This document shows, piece after piece, positions 12,501-25,700 of a DNA stretch of 64,000 nt (within the stretch, counting starts at the first letter, position 1; each line of letters begins with the position of its first letter). Origin of the DNA: Amoebophrya sp. A120 (taxonomy: Eukaryota; Protista; Dinoflagellata). Position numbers and translations under genes: made by a program. The stretch covers positions 6,353,985 to 6,417,984 of the forward strand of contig CAJINV010000003.1 of NCBI GenBank assembly GCA_905178155.1, in the 5' to 3' direction. The notes beneath the pieces were generated by a model. It saw only the letters and a program-made list of their open reading frames with translations, was not told the origin of the DNA and did no database searches.

Positions 12501-12897
12501 CAGATGGGCCTGCCTGTGCTGAAGCGCCGACGACGATTTTCCACAGAGAAACGCTGAGGGCTATTATTCATCTAGCGGAATACTATTAAGTCTGCAGGCT
12601 ACTGGACACGGGAAGCGGGATAAGGCTAGTTTGGCATGCAGGAATGCACGAGAACCAATGCCGAAATTTGTGTTGCATAGCATGCGTGGTAGCGAAAATT
12701 TTTTATGCATGACTGTAATGCCCCAAAACCGCTAACGTTAACGCTTTTTTGCTCGATAGATAGCACTTCTTCTTGATCGACGCGTTCTTTTTCTGCTCGT
12801 TTACCGTTACGTACTTGAGCTGGACCAGCTCCGCGAACCGTAGCTCCACGCCGCACACATGGCTCAGCGACGCCAAGGCGGCAGAGTTTGTCGTCAT
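3572..12897 (-). CDS. ~1064-aa protein of unknown function, 9 exons, C-terminal ARM/HEAT-like helical region
   Basis: Exons 12897-12759, 8613-8510, 8184-8032, 7560-7497, 7229-6731, 6537-5774, 5489-5438, 5226-5179, 4943-3572 sum to 3195 nt (1065 codons) with every junction in frame. Two GT-AG introns (6538-6730, 4944-5178) and six TIR introns. ARM-like motifs ATAALVNLS and LLLLVNLT. Confidence 0.75.
5232..5437. mobile_element. Introner/MITE-like non-canonical intron
   Basis: Perfect ~30-bp TIR (TATCCAAGAAAAAAACACCATCACAATCAC); 5-bp direct repeat GACTC at 5227-5231 and 5438-5442. Removal gives FSES-GALL in frame. Confidence 0.9.
5495..5773. mobile_element. Introner, family B (related to 58742-59020)
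   Basis: TAT...ATA imperfect TIR containing AAAACGTCCCCACCCCA; direct repeat GGACG on both sides; 279 bp. Removal gives LRVV-QFLL. Confidence 0.85.
6565..6628. repeat. Perfect 30-bp inverted repeat with 4-nt loop inside a GT-AG intron
   Basis: TGTTCTGTTCTCGCAGTTGTAAGAATAAGA-CAAT-TCTTATTCTTACAACTGCGAGAACAGAACA. Confidence 0.9.
7235..7496. mobile_element. Introner, family A (TATCAAATG...TGTCTGGGTCTGGAAG TIR)
   Basis: Direct repeat GCAGC on both sides; TIR shared with copies at 38661, 39050, 59892, 60269 and 60675. Removal gives IPVL-QSES. Confidence 0.9.
7566..8031. mobile_element. Introner with ~49-bp TIR
   Basis: TATGGGAGTGTCAGGATCGAAATCGACAAA... pairs with ...TTTGTCGATTTCGATTCTGACACTTCCATA; direct repeat CGCAA. 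Removal gives WRFA-QVAT. Confidence 0.9.
8190..8509. mobile_element. Introner with C-run/G-run TIR
   Basis: TAT...ATA ends with an imperfect TIR; direct repeat GTCCT. Removal gives VIED-VNTF. Confidence 0.85.
8705..8875 (+). repeat. A-rich degenerate microsatellite (AAACGAAAA/ACAAAGAAT units)
   Basis: Directly visible short-period A-rich repeats. Confidence 0.85.
8900..10040 (+). repeat. Tandem minisatellite, ~16-20-nt units around GCAGCGAAGCCTCGAA
   Basis: Dozens of CGAAGCCTCGAAG cores; a related block recurs at ~10440-10830. Confidence 0.9.
10050..12480 (+). repeat. Tandem minisatellite, ~22-nt consensus GCCGGTGCCAGATCATGGCCAA, interrupted by a CGAAGCC block
   Basis: Directly visible degenerate tandem repeats. 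Confidence 0.9.
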
Positions 12898-13759
12898 AGT
12901 AGCGTTCTGGTGTCTCCAGGCAGCTGCCTGCTCATCTCTCTTCGTTTCGCCATGAGTCTGAAATCGCCTACTTCCTGCGAAATTTTGTAAGGACCCGCAC
13001 CGAGGACCTTGCCTCGCAAAGAAAGCTTTCTTGTGTGCAGTGGTATTGAAGTCCTTTTGGGGTCCAGTCGTAGGCAAAAACTGCAACGCTGTACGACTCT
13101 CTCTTTCATCAACTGCAGGTTGATTGGCTTTGGTCTTGTGAAACGCTGTCTCAGAGATGATACCGAATAGTCTAAAAACACTCTCTGAGTTTCTCGCTCC
13201 AGCAGTACATCTTGGGAAACGCTGGAAAGTGTTGAAGGACACTTCTGTCAGCTCATGCTATTTTCAGAAGAGTGCTCCTGCCATTGTCCCAACATGGGTC
13301 GCCGTCCGCCGTTTTCCTTTAATGGATTTCCATTCCTAAAAACTTTTTCCAAGTCCACAGATTTGCAGATACGCTATTTTGTTTTTCGAAACCTGTCACT
13401 TCTACTTTAAATCAAAAATCACTACTGGGAATATGAAACGCTATGCATTTGCTGCATGTTGATTTTATACTCATCGAAAGTAAAAAGCTGCAATGCTTTT
13501 GTCGCATCGCAGCGAAAAAGAAACAAGCAGAACAAGCTGCGTAGTACCAAACTTTACTTCTACATGCTGAATGACAGCTCGACGAAAACTGCATATCGTT
13601 TCCATTGTTCTATCTCTCGTGCGTAACAGATAGGGTTCAAAGCAACTCTCTCGTAGCTGACGCCATTAATATAATAACTCAATTCAAAAGTATACAGCCT
13701 ATCAAGAAAAGTCATCTACAAGTACAACTCTGTTCTTCGTCAAGGAAATGAAACACCTC

Positions 13760-16700
13760 TCAGGCCGACGGCAGAAAGGCCAGGCCGTCCACGAAGATGG
13801 CATTCTCCTGAATCCAAGCGGGGAGGACGTGTAGCTTTTGCCGCGCGCACGTGAGAAAGACGAAGGCGCTACTCTCCTCCGCGACGGGCGCAGATGACAG
13901 GAGCTGCCTGCAAAGGAGCATGGCCCGTACGCTGGTGCTGTCGGTACCAATCACGTTTTTCAGCAAAAGTGCACGCCGGTTTCGTCGCCATGCCGGGACC
14001 TCAAACATAACTTCTGTCTCTGTTTCGACGACACCTGTACTGCCGCGCCGCTCCGCGGCACTAGACGTAGCGATCCGCATGAGCTGGTCGATCTGGTGGC
14101 TCTTCCTCGTGGACGTTCCAGTGCGCTGGGTCGACGGTGTCGTCCCCGCGCAAGAGGACAACAGCGAGCGCACGCGATTATCCAGTTCCCCCAGCTTTGC
14201 TGAGGTTTGAGCCGCGCCCTCCGTGGCCGCTCTCATTCCGCCGCCCGTGAGTCCTTCGCGAAACGTGACACAGTGAAGGTCTGTGCGGTTGGTCGTCGGG
14301 ACCGCAGCACCAGTTGCGATCCTGAACAGCGATCGCAGACACTGCTCCACAAGCAGATTCTCCGATCCGTTCGCCGTCACAAACACCAGAAAGGGTATCC
14401 GCAAAGGTACCATAAATTTCTCACACAGAAACTCGATTCGGTTCGCCAAATGCTCGATCAGTTGCTTCGTCTCGGCCACGCTTTTCGAACTATTACTTGC
14501 GAAAGTGATCACCTTTCCGGGACAAACACTTCGCAGGTCGTTTTTTCTGCTTGCCGTAGCACCCTCGCCGCCGAATGCGCCAAAGAACACCGGGGAGGAC
14601 TCATTCGCAGTGCCTGCCAGTTCGCTATAATTTGCACTACCGATATCATGGTGCAAGAAGAGCTGTACCTCCTTCGCAAACTCATCGACTTTTCCCTCAC
14701 CTTTGTCGCTTTTACTTGTACTCGTATTGGTAGCGGGAAACTGGTGATCCTGCGCTGCACTAGTTGCTATTGGTGCGTTTGTCGTGTACCCTGCTCCTAG
14801 TCCGGAGCGCTGTGCCAAATGTTTGTTTGCAGCAAGGCAGCGCTGCAACAGCGGCCAGCTGCATTTGAAAGCCTCTCCTTTCGCAGCCTGCGCCTCTTCC
14901 AGTTTCCCACAAACGGCACGCGCAATCGGTGCCATGATTTCTCCGGACTCTGTCCAGAGCCGATAAATTATGCGCTTTTTCTCCGACACCGACGTCTCCA
15001 AAGACGTTCGGGTCCTGTGAAAGTTCTCGAGTAGGTCCAGAAACTTCTGGTGCTGCGAGCGCGCGTCGTGCGCTCCTTCGCCAGCACCTAGGGGCGCGGA
15101 TGTAATAACGTAATCTTCCACAAAGGTTCGCAGGATCCGTCCCTCCCCGCGGTCCCGCTCTTCGAGGAGCCTCTGCAAGTCGCGCTGCAAGTCCTCCAAG
15201 GGTGTGGTGGCAGAGCTGCGCAAGTAGGAACGCGGCTCGTCGACTCGCAAGTCGCTGCCGTACGTCAAGTACTCGCACATGACATCAAAAGAGGCTAGAC
15301 CTTGTTCCAGGTGGCCTGCCCTCCTCGTATTTTGTTGCAGATTTTTTTCCGCTCCACTTCTTCCTATGTCATGTGCTACTTCTGCGCTGCGGCTTGATTC
15401 TTTACTCGCCGATGCTGCGCCCTCCGAATGCGGTTGGGGAAGACTGCAGTCTAAAACGCAGAACACGTCCGATGAAGTGAGCGGCGCTTTGCCAAGACGA
15501 CACAAAGCAGTCGCTTGATTCTGCGAAAGTACGACTACAACGTGTAGAGTTGTTGTGAGCGTTGCCAATTCCACCTGTAGCTGCTGCCACAGAAGCTCGA
15601 AGGGCAACAGGATTCTGTCAAAGTCGAATACCCGGATCACAATGAGCTCTTCCACGGCGGCGTGCACGTTTCCCTTTCGGTTTCGCGGGCTCTGGTGCTC
15701 TGCGCCCCCGCCGGCTGCAAACGCGGCCTGCACTCGGGACAAAATTTCCTGCACCACCACCACGACCTGCGCAGCATCGTAGATTGTTAAAAAACACACC
15801 TTCCGCCGCATTTGCAGAAAGCTGGTCGCTTGCAAAAACACGCTCCCAGGATCAACAACTAAGGGAAGCCGATGGCAGAAACGCGGCAACCCGGCGAAGC
15901 AAAGCGCAAGGGTTTCTAGAACATGCCCCGCGAACTTTCCTCGGCCGCCACCCAGGGCCGCACGATAGGCCCAGTGAAGCGGGTGGTCGTTTATTGTTCT
16001 GTGGACTGTTCTTGTTGTAGTTGTACCAGGACCAGATGCTGGGGTGGACTCCCTCGTCCCACTGGCACCACTTCTGTTCGTCGTGATATCCAGGCACTGC
16101 CGCAAAATGCACGTAGAAAAATTTTCCTCAATACTTGGATCACTCTGTGCCAACTCTTTCGAAATCGACTTCAGCACCTTTCGCGGATGTAGGCACGAGC
16201 GGCATTTTGCTTTGACTACCAACTGGATTTTTTCCCGACCCGCAACGTCCATCAGCGCCCCCTCGTACGCGAGGACGGCAGCTGTAACAATGGAATCCAC
16301 CAGAAACTCGAAATTTTCCAGTGACTCGGCATGTGCAACTTCACAGCTGTCTTCAAGACGGCCATCAGTGCCCTGATCATGATCCAGCGAGTTGTGCGTT
16401 AGGTCATTCCTGGAAGCACTTTGACTTTTCCTGTGACCACCCACAAGGGACGACGAGGCATGATGATCTTCCTTGTCACCACGATTGTCGCGGGCCGAGT
16501 GACCACAACTGTCGTCGAGCAGTTGCAAAATCCGCTGCCACTCTGCAATTTGTATCTGCGTGGTCTGGAACTCTGCGTCGAGCCTCTCCCGCTTCGCCCG
16601 CACCTGCTCCACGATGGCTGCAAGTTTCTGCACGCGCTCCTCTGCCAGTTTCGCCAGTTCCATGGCCGTGTCGAGCTGTTTCTGCACTTTCTGCCTACTG

Positions 16701-19700
16701 CTCTCCACTTCCTTCAGCCGCTCGCGCTTCGGCTTCACGTGCTCCGCGACCACCGCGTACCGGTACATGGCACGGGTCCACATGCAGATGGCCTCGCAGG
16801 CCACGCTGGCCTTGCGAATCACCGCGGGCTCGAAGTCCTCGCGGTTGATGTAGCTCTCCAGCTTTTCCCGCGTTTTCGCGGGCAGCGGCGACTCGCGGTC
16901 GTACCCCATCAGGGAGTCCAGCAGCTTCTTCGGGTCGGTCAGCAGCTGCTTCTGCGCCGCCTCCCAGTAGTCCGCAACTACTTCTTTGGTGTTTCCCCCG
17001 TCGGTGGTGCGCTTCACCGGCGGGACCTGGAAGATGATGCAGAGTACCTCCATCGTCATCCGGACGCCACTCGGGGGGTTGAAGAACGCCCGCACCTCGC
17101 GCAAGTGGTCCGTCTTCAGCTTCGACAAGCAGCGGTTGGCTTCCTCCAGCGCGGGGAGCGCCTGGTTCAGTTCCTGCTGCGCCTCCTCCCGCATCTTGCT
17201 GATCTCGCTCAGCATCGCGTTCACGCTCTTTTCCGTGTCCGCGGCTGTCTGCTTGGCCTCCGCCGCCTTCTCGGTCTCGCGCTCCAGCTGCAGCTCCGTT
17301 TCCCCGCACCTCGTCTCCGTCTCTCGCAAAACTGGCTCGAGGTCTCGTTCGCAGCTGTTGCGACTCCTCCTCACGGCGTCCCGCAGCTCCCCTAGTTTCG
17401 CCGCCCGTGCCGCCTGCAGCGTTGCACTCGCGACGCGACGGCGATTTTGCTCCGCGTACAATGCGGTGAACATACGCACAAACTCGAAGTAGCACCTAGC
17501 CCGGTCGGGATGTTGTCGCTCGTCGGCGGCGTGGCCAGCCACGTCCGCTGTCATCTGACGGGTCTTTTCGTTGCCGAAGAAACTGTCTTGCACCTGGGAA
17601 AACAAATCGCAAAACTGCACCCAGAGAAACTTGTCGTCCGTGCTTTCGGTCGCCTGCAAGTCCCGGAGAATAAGCGTCTTCAAAGGTGGTTGTGCAACAC
17701 CTCCTTCATCCTCACCTTTGGAGACTACCACCTGACCGCGCTGCAGATACTCCTCCAGAATCGCGCGCCTTGTTCTCGGATCCCTCAGGCCCGGGTCAAG
17801 GAAATCGCTGAAGCGCACGCAATTGTCAAAAATGCACGGAAAGCGACGCTCCTGCTCCGCCGGCTGCACAGTAGAAGAATCGAAGTCGGGGGATGAAGCC
17901 GTGGCTCCTGTTCGCGAAGCGACAATGATGCGCGTCTTCTTCTTTACTTTCTCCAACAAATCCCGAGCCAAATGCTCACGACATAGTACACCAGTCAGAG
18001 GCCCCGTCCTCTCGGTTCCGTTCTCCGCCGCCGTTGCACCCTTGCCAAGGGTGGAAGTAGTGCCAACTTGGAATTGCTCGTTCCGTGCGGCGATGCGAGC
18101 GTAAAGATCACCCGTAAGGTTGTGCTGGAAAGAACCAGAGGCGGAATCCTCGAAAGCAGCTCGCCCCAGCTCATCCGCAAGAACTCCTGAAATAAATGCC
18201 CTCCCCGCCGTTTCGCCGACGTTTTCTCGTCCCGAAAGCGCTGCACTTTGAGCAGCGGCATTCATCACCGGCGGCACGGGTTCGAAGAAAACAGCGGACA
18301 AAAGGGACAGGCATCGTTGCACCGCGGTGGAGTTTGCATCTACAACGGACATGTAAAGTACTGTCCCGGGGTGGTCGACATCGCTGTCCACCGAAGAGTC
18401 TTCGAGCAGAACGCGTACCTGTCGCGCAAACAGTGGCTTCAAGACGGTGTGCCAGAATTCTTTTTCGGTCGAGACGTAGTCCAGTCGGACGAAGTGAACG
18501 GATTGCTGATTGTGGAAAGCAGCGAGACGCGCGCAGAACTCCTTCCCGCTGTGATCCGGACCCGCAAGTTGCACGACCGGACCGTCCGCCCGACGCAGCG
18601 CGTTTGCGATCTCTCGCACAGAAAGCTCGAACTGCGGATGCAACACAAATTCCTGCCCCATACGAGCACTCCGCAAGGACGGCGCGGACGAGGAGTTTCC
18701 AGTAGATGTACCCTTCAATGCCGAAGCCGCTGGCGAAGACCCGGAGAGCCGCCGCCGCTCCCCAGCCCCAGCCTGCTGAGCTGCATGAAGATCCGCGTAG
18801 GACGTACAAAGGTTTTCTTCGATGAGGTCCAGAAAACTCATTCCCTCGCCCACAGAAGCTGACCGCGTGGTCGTGATCTCTGCTTGCAGAAGAGCAGACG
18901 CGGACGCACGCCAGGGCGCGACCGCGCGCCCTGAACTGTGTGCTGCGGATGTTGATGCCAAAAGCACGTTGCAGCAGCAAAGGCGAATCGGCGACTTGAT
19001 TTGCTCGAGTAGGTCCGCGGTGTACAGGTCTTCAAGCCGCGGTGCCGCTGAGACCGCATTGGTACTCCCAACAGATTGTCGGCGAAGGGTTTGATGTGTG
19101 AGCAAAGTGGCAACCATAGAAGTTGTGGCAGATGAAACTCCTGTGGCTATCCCCTCATTCGACGTCTCTTGCACTTTGTGGCCCGACGATCCGCGCTTCC
19201 CGCGGTTGCCTCCACCGCGACAGGTTCGGAAATCGCTTAGACACGCCACCACCGTGGCTCGGTATGCACGGTGGCTAGAGTGGAAATCCTCCCTCTCTTC
19301 GTCCGTCATTTGAAACGACCGCAGTGCCTTTGAGACCTCCTGGGTGGACAGTTGCAGCGTCTGAGTGCCCCACTGACGCAATCGCTGTTCGAGTTTCGAG
19401 TGATCGTCCACGTCGACGTGATTGTTTCCGGAAGATGATGAATTGTGGCCGACCCACGTCCGGAAGTCCGCTGCAATAGCACGGAAAAAACTTTTCCCCC
19501 ACCCACTGGACTCGACGATGGATGTAACGGCCTCTCTCTGCGAATCGCCGGCCCTCTCCTCCTTGCTCGTCGATGGCGTCGAACTTGTCTGATCTTCGAT
19601 GCAGTCGCCTGCGTTAGCAGCAGATACTTGATTTTTACTTGTGCCTGCGTTGCCTTGCTCGTCTCGTGCGATCTGCTTCGCATCAATTTGGTCCGTCGCC

Positions 19701-22700
19701 TCAAGCACTTTGTCGACAACATTCATCTGCCACTCTTGGGCAGGCAACGCATCCTCGGACAACGTGGCTTTTAACAAGGGGAAGAATGATTGGAGCGCTG
19801 GCCGCAGGTTAGATTTCCCGGAACCCTTGTCGGTCAAAAGTAGAGTTGACAAGCAAAACTTTTGAAAATTCCTGAAAGCATTTGCTTGCAAATGACTCAA
19901 ACTCTCTGCTGCGCCCGGCGAAAGCAACTTCATCTCGGGGCGGTCCAAGCCGTGTGGCGCGTCACGGTCACCTCCATGTTCCAATATTTTCGGTTCCACG
20001 TCTGGAATTACAGAAGGCCGAAACCTCTGCGTGCTGTCCTGAAAGTGCGCGATGGCCCGATCCGCCAAGGCGCCAAAAATTGTGGCCAAACGGTCAATCT
20101 TTTTCGTTTCAAGCGAGAACGGCAGCAAATGCCGAGCCAGGCGCGGGTTTTCTACCATATCAGAGACGACAGCTGATGTCGCCGCGACGCCGGAGCTGGC
20201 CTCTATTTCCCTGTTCCGGCTCCGGGATGTCAGCAGGGTAGCAGCACCAAAACGGGCTGCCTCCCCATGCTCCAGCACAAAACGCACGTCATCGTCTTCA
20301 GCGTTGATGTCGTCCACAAAGTAAACTGCAGGAGCACGCCCCTGCAAGCCGCTCGCAGCAAACATATGCGAATGCGGAGCCGCCCCGGACGTCAGTTGCC
20401 ACTGTTCTCCTCCACACGCGAACTGGTCGATATCTTCTGCCGCTGCGGACCGTCTGCGCTGGAGCACGCGAACGGTTCGTGGTTCCAGGAGATTTTGCAA
20501 CAAAAACGACGCCAGCAGCGTTTTTCCGCATCCTGCAGGCCCTGTCAGACACAGGCTCAGCATTCGGTCCCGAGTGGGATTCTGCCCGGTGGAAAGCACG
20601 CCGCTAACAGGGCTCCTCCGGAAGTCCTCCAAGAATCGCTCCTTCCACATCGCATTGCAGAGCGTTCGTTTCCTTGCAGCTCGCTGCAATTTTTCTAGGT
20701 ACGCATTGGTGGTGGCGAAGCTCTTGGACATTGGCTCGGATGTACGTCGTGTTTCCGGATGATCCGCTATTTTACCCACGGAGCGCAGCAGTCCGACCCG
20801 CCGAAGCAAGTAATGCAGTCGCAGGAATGCGCCTTCGGCAGGCCTGTCCTGCTGCCTCTTCTGTACTCCTGCGGTCGCGGAGGCGGGTGAACGTGTCAAG
20901 CCTTTGCTTCTCCGGCCCGGGTCTCCTCCCTCTCGAAAAATGTCTCCGCAGCTGCCCGCCATCTGTTGCCAGAGAAACAAAGCACGAAAACTGTCGGGCG
21001 TGGGCACGAAGAGTTCGTGCGACCTCAGCAGGCGCCACCCGGTCGTGTCAGCACGATTTGTGAAGCGGTCCCTGAGACTCACCCAGGCCCCCAGTTCAAA
21101 GTCGAAGGCCTTCTCCCCATCCCAGATCTGATTCAGGCACACACCGGCAGCAATTGTGGCCTGCTCGACTAACACGATTCGCGATTTAAATTGGTCGTCC
21201 GCCACCTGGCTGGCAATGCTGCTTTTTACTGTACTGGTGCCAGTGTTGTTCGTAGTATACGGCATAATGTCCCAATGCAGCCTCGAAACCTGCACACGAA
21301 TCTGGTCAACCCCGTGCCGCAACGTCAACCCGTAGTCAGATTCTCGGCAAGGTTGTGATGAGCCACGCCCCGAGTCGTGGTAGTGGCCGTGCATCTTCAT
21401 GCTTGTTCCAGCTCTAAGCGCCGCGGCGTCGTTGGATAGTACACGGTTTTCAACATCGGGCAAAGTTGCATTATCGCGGCGACTTCTACCTGGCGCCTCG
21501 CTTCCATCGCGATTGTTTCCCCCACCGCCCAAAAGCTGCTCCAGGAATGCCTTTGCCCGCTGCCGGTTTTCGTCTTTTTGCTGTTCGAGCAACCGCCGCT
21601 CTTCCTTGTCGCGCTTTTCCCGGCGTTCTCGCTCTTCGCGCTCCCGCTGTTCTCGCTGCTTGAGAGTGGTGAACTTCCGCGCGCTTGCTTTCGGGTTCGG
21701 TCCCACGTCAGCAGTCGCGGGACCGGCGTGGTCACCGGCTGGTGTGTTTTGCGCATAATTCCCTGTGGTCTGCTGCTGTCCGAGTACTAAGGCGTCTGCG
21801 CGCAGGGCAGACGTCGCCTGGGCTTGCCGATCTAACTCCTTGTTGAAACTCTCCAACAAGGCCGGACTCGGTTGCCGAGCCAGGACGTTGCGCAACTCTT
21901 CGCGGACCGACTCCACCAGCAACTCTTTTCGCACCAGGTCCTCGCATACCGTCTTGCGCAGTGCGCGACGAAACCGCTCTTCTGAAGACCCGGTTACGAC
22001 CAACACGGAATACAAAAAGCAGTCGCCAAAAAAGGTATCGAAGCGACGCAGCGCCTTCTCAGCGTCGGTAACTTTCTGCGTGCCCAAGATGGAGTTCAGT
22101 TCCACCGTGCCCCGCCCCTGGTAAGTCCACTGCGCTAACAGCGTCGCCGGCTCGAACGCATCCTTGTTTTTCTGCCCAGATGAAACAATCGGCAGCAGCT
22201 CCTGTAGGCGCTGGCGCGCATACGGCGTGTAGTACCTCGTCACGAAGGTGGCAAACACGGCTAGCACGCGCTTCACAAACTCTGCATTCTGTGAACAATT
22301 CGATTTCATCACTTCAGTGCTGCTGGCTCCAGCAAATGGTGCAGCAGTACTGTTCTCACGACAGTGGTGCACCTGGGCTAGAAGGAAGTCCCGGCAGCAG
22401 TTCTCGAACTTTTGCCCGATCCGCCTCATGGTTTCCAGGCACAACTCGAGGGAGCACTTCAGATTCTTTCTCTGCTGCGAAGATGTCGCTTGTCCAAGGT
22501 TTGGTCCGGCAGCAAAATTTCTGCCGCCGTCGGAAACCGCGGTCCTCTGCTTCGGCAGCGATTCCACCCCCAACGCTTGCCGTTCAACTTTCTGCGCCAG
22601 GACCACCTCCTTGTCCACCTCCGCGTAAAAAAAGAAGAGGTCGCGCGCTCTGCGGAATTGTAGCTCGTGCAGCAAAAAACGTCGACAAAGACACATGCAC

Positions 22701-25700
22701 GCACTGCTCCCTGCTGGCAGGTCGCATGTGAAGGAACAAGGGGCTCTGCCGGAAGTTGGTTTAAATGCTGATCTGTTCTTTGATGGTGTCGGTGATACAA
22801 TATTATCACCGTCAGTTGTTATACTGGCCGCGGCCCGTGGCACATTGACAATTGCGTCCCAGACCAACAATGCTGCATCTGCTTCCGCAGCCTTTACAGA
22901 GTCCAAGGCCAGCGCGTCCGGATGCGCGACACCAGACTCCCCCTCCTCTCCTGAACGAGCGCTCTCCCCCGCTGAGGTTTCGGAGCTCGCAAGGCTCGTG
23001 GCACTGCTCGTCAGGGACTCTCCTTCCTCTGCTTTAGTACTATCTCCAACGACGCCCGGCACGAAATCCTCGCGAAGCGGCACCGGTTCACACGTCGCGT
23101 TGGTTTCGGGAGGAACAGCCACGTTTTGCCCCGCCCTCGTCGCCACGCCATCCTGCTGCCCTTCCGGTTTCCCGTCCGGGGGCATCGCGTCACATTGCAG
23201 CAGCGCGCAACGACTCATAAAGAACGCGGGCGACAAGTGGCGCAAGTCCATCTGTTCGAAGAAGCAGCGCACGTGAGGCGCCTTCTGGAGCCGATACCCA
23301 TTCGCCAGAGGAACCGCAAACCCGTCCAAAAACGGCACCAACAATTCCGTCACAAGAAAGTTGCAGAACACATCGAAAACTAGCCACTGATGCCGAGGGC
23401 CCCCTCCGGGTCTTTCCTCTTCGTATTCCGGACCGCCACCAGCACAGCTTGTTTTCACCGCGCTCGCCGTTTCTGATTGTTGCTGTTCCCCGCGCGGCGC
23501 AGAGACAGACTTCAGGTCGTTTTCAGAACCTGTCGCGAAATTTGCCAGCATCCCCGGCCGCCAATGCGTTCGAGGCTGGTCCCCGGCGACAGTCGGGCGT
23601 GAGGTGGCAAACTGAGTCGCGCTCGCGCCATCAAGGTCTGTGCCGTCGGAAGCCGACGACGAAGAGAGCGCTTCCGTCGGCTCGAAGCTTCCAAAGAGCA
23701 GCGCCTGCAGTAGCTCCTGCATCGAAGCACCGCTGTCCGGCCGAAAGCCTTTCTCGCGCTGCAGCAAGTAGTCGAGGTTCAAAACAGTCACTTCGGTCGG
23801 ATGATAGAGCTTCTCAGGCGGTGACACAGAATCGGTCAAAGATACTGCTCTTTCCCCTTCCGCAGGTGCAAAAGCATCCCTTGATGAGTAGTTCTCGTCT
23901 TTCCTTCGGAGCTCCCCTCGAAACTGTGGATCAACCTTTGCCTGCTTGTTCTCTGGCGACGAGAGATCGTGAACCTTTCCGGGATCAAAATGCACATCTG
24001 TTTTGATTCCCTTCCCGGGGCCCCCAGTGACCGCCGTAAGCTTCTGGGACGCCGTTTCTTTCTGCGACATCGGTTTGACGTTTCTAGCTGAGTAAGGATT
24101 GGACAATTCGTTTTTGGATTTGTGAAACAAGAGAATGGAGTCTGAATCTGCCATGGAACTACTCTTTTCGCTTCTTAATCCTTCTTGCTGTTGAGGTATC
24201 CATGTGGTCCCCACTCCACTGAGAGCTGTCAGAGCCTTCGCGAGCGCGGTGTAGGTGGACGTCTTGCAGCTAAGCATTCCTGCACTACCCGCCAGCACGA
24301 CGGTGGATTGTTCTTTTGGTCCGTGCGCTAGCAATTCGGCAAGGCGGAGAATCTGACCGCACAGCGTTTTCGTTGGGAAAAGTTGCATTTCCGGAAGCAC
24401 GTCGCTCACCAGAACGAGCTGCACATCTCTCTGCCACCGGGCGCCTATCGCTTCGTCGCAGTACGTTCTCCACGTATCGCACGCGGTCAACATTTCCTCG
24501 AGGCCGGACAACGAGCCTGGCGCCGAGACAAGAGATTGCTGCTCCCGCGCAGAAGCAGCCGCTTTCGAGTCCTCAGCATTTTTCTGACCATGCCGAAACG
24601 TCGGAGAAGCGTCCAGAAAGCCCGGCGCTTCCTCCGCCGGTAAAAAATCGCCTAGGCCGGCGTCAAATCCCGCTTTCTCCTCGACGCTGTTGTGAAACGG
24701 GAGCGCTCTGTTGTGCTGGAGAACTTCTACGCCGACGAGTGCACGGGCTGCAGACCCCGCAGTGACCCCCGCTCCATCTTCGAGGAACGGGAAGGAAGCA
24801 AACGCGTCCTCGTCGTCCTCCTCTCCATGTAGAGGCGCGCTCCTGCGAGGACCGCCCTTGCGACTGACCTGCCCCGTTATACCATCGACCTCGAAGCATT
24901 CCGGAAAGAAGTCGGCGAGGAGATACTCATCCAGCTCTTCCAGCCGCTGCCCCCGGTCTGGCGTAACGCCCTCATGGTTCCTTTCGGGGCCCATCCCGCT
25001 TTTGATCTGCTGCTTATGGTCTGCGAGGAAGCCGGTCGCCCAGCCGAGAATCCCGTCCACAGCCAAATCGCAAAACAAACGCAGCAGCCGCTCATCTGGA
25101 CGTCCAGGCTCTGCTCCACTTTCTGACGAAGTAACACCACGAGGACAACTTCCGTTCCAAGACGAAAAATCCGCGCTGAAAAACGTCTTGCGCAAAGCTG
25201 TCACCAATTTCAAAAAGAGAACCCGATTGCCGCCGTCATATCGTTGCTGGTAAGTTGCTTGGAAGAACCGCGCGACCCGTCGACAAACCGATTGCAAGAG
25301 CCCCACAGTGTGGGCAAAGTTCGGCGCACGATCCCCAGCGCGTGCCGCCGTTGCGATCAGCAATCTTGCCTCTAAAATCGGCACCAGGCCTGGCTGCAGG
25401 TAGGTCTCCCGGGCCTTGGTGACAAACGCGGACGCGCTCACCGATGAGGCTACGGAGTCCACGCCTCGCGAGTGTCCGCGAAACAGACTAAGGTCCGAGC
25501 GTCCCGACAGTTCCCGCGACAGGTCCGACCGGCCGGAAATTTGCCTTTCCGAGGAAAACTCGAACAACCCTGCGTCATCTCCAAACATGGGTGGCACGGC
25601 GAGCTGTCCGCTCTGGTCGGACCGTCCGGAAATGTTTCGTGATAACGACGCGGTCGGGTCGGGCACGCAGTCAGCCAAACCCCCGTGGCTGACGGCGTTT

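Larger units (their letters stand above)
8619..12758. mobile_element. 4.14-kb introner-bounded intron containing satellite arrays
   Basis: Ends TATCATGCCAAAAAGTGGTAACGTTA and TAACGTTAACGCTTTTTTGCTCGATA are imperfect inverted repeats; flanks GGTAG/GATAG. Removal joins KKCY-LGVGKH in frame. Confidence 0.75.

Noticed and set aside
8439-12557. Long ORFs on both strands across the satellite arrays
   Set aside because: They are translations of stop-free tandem repeats inside an intron, with no domain content.
16421-17495. Long alternative-frame and antisense ORFs over the dynein stalk, and similar ones over 3630-4796 and 5722-6597
   Set aside because: Expected shadows of high-GC3 coding sequence.
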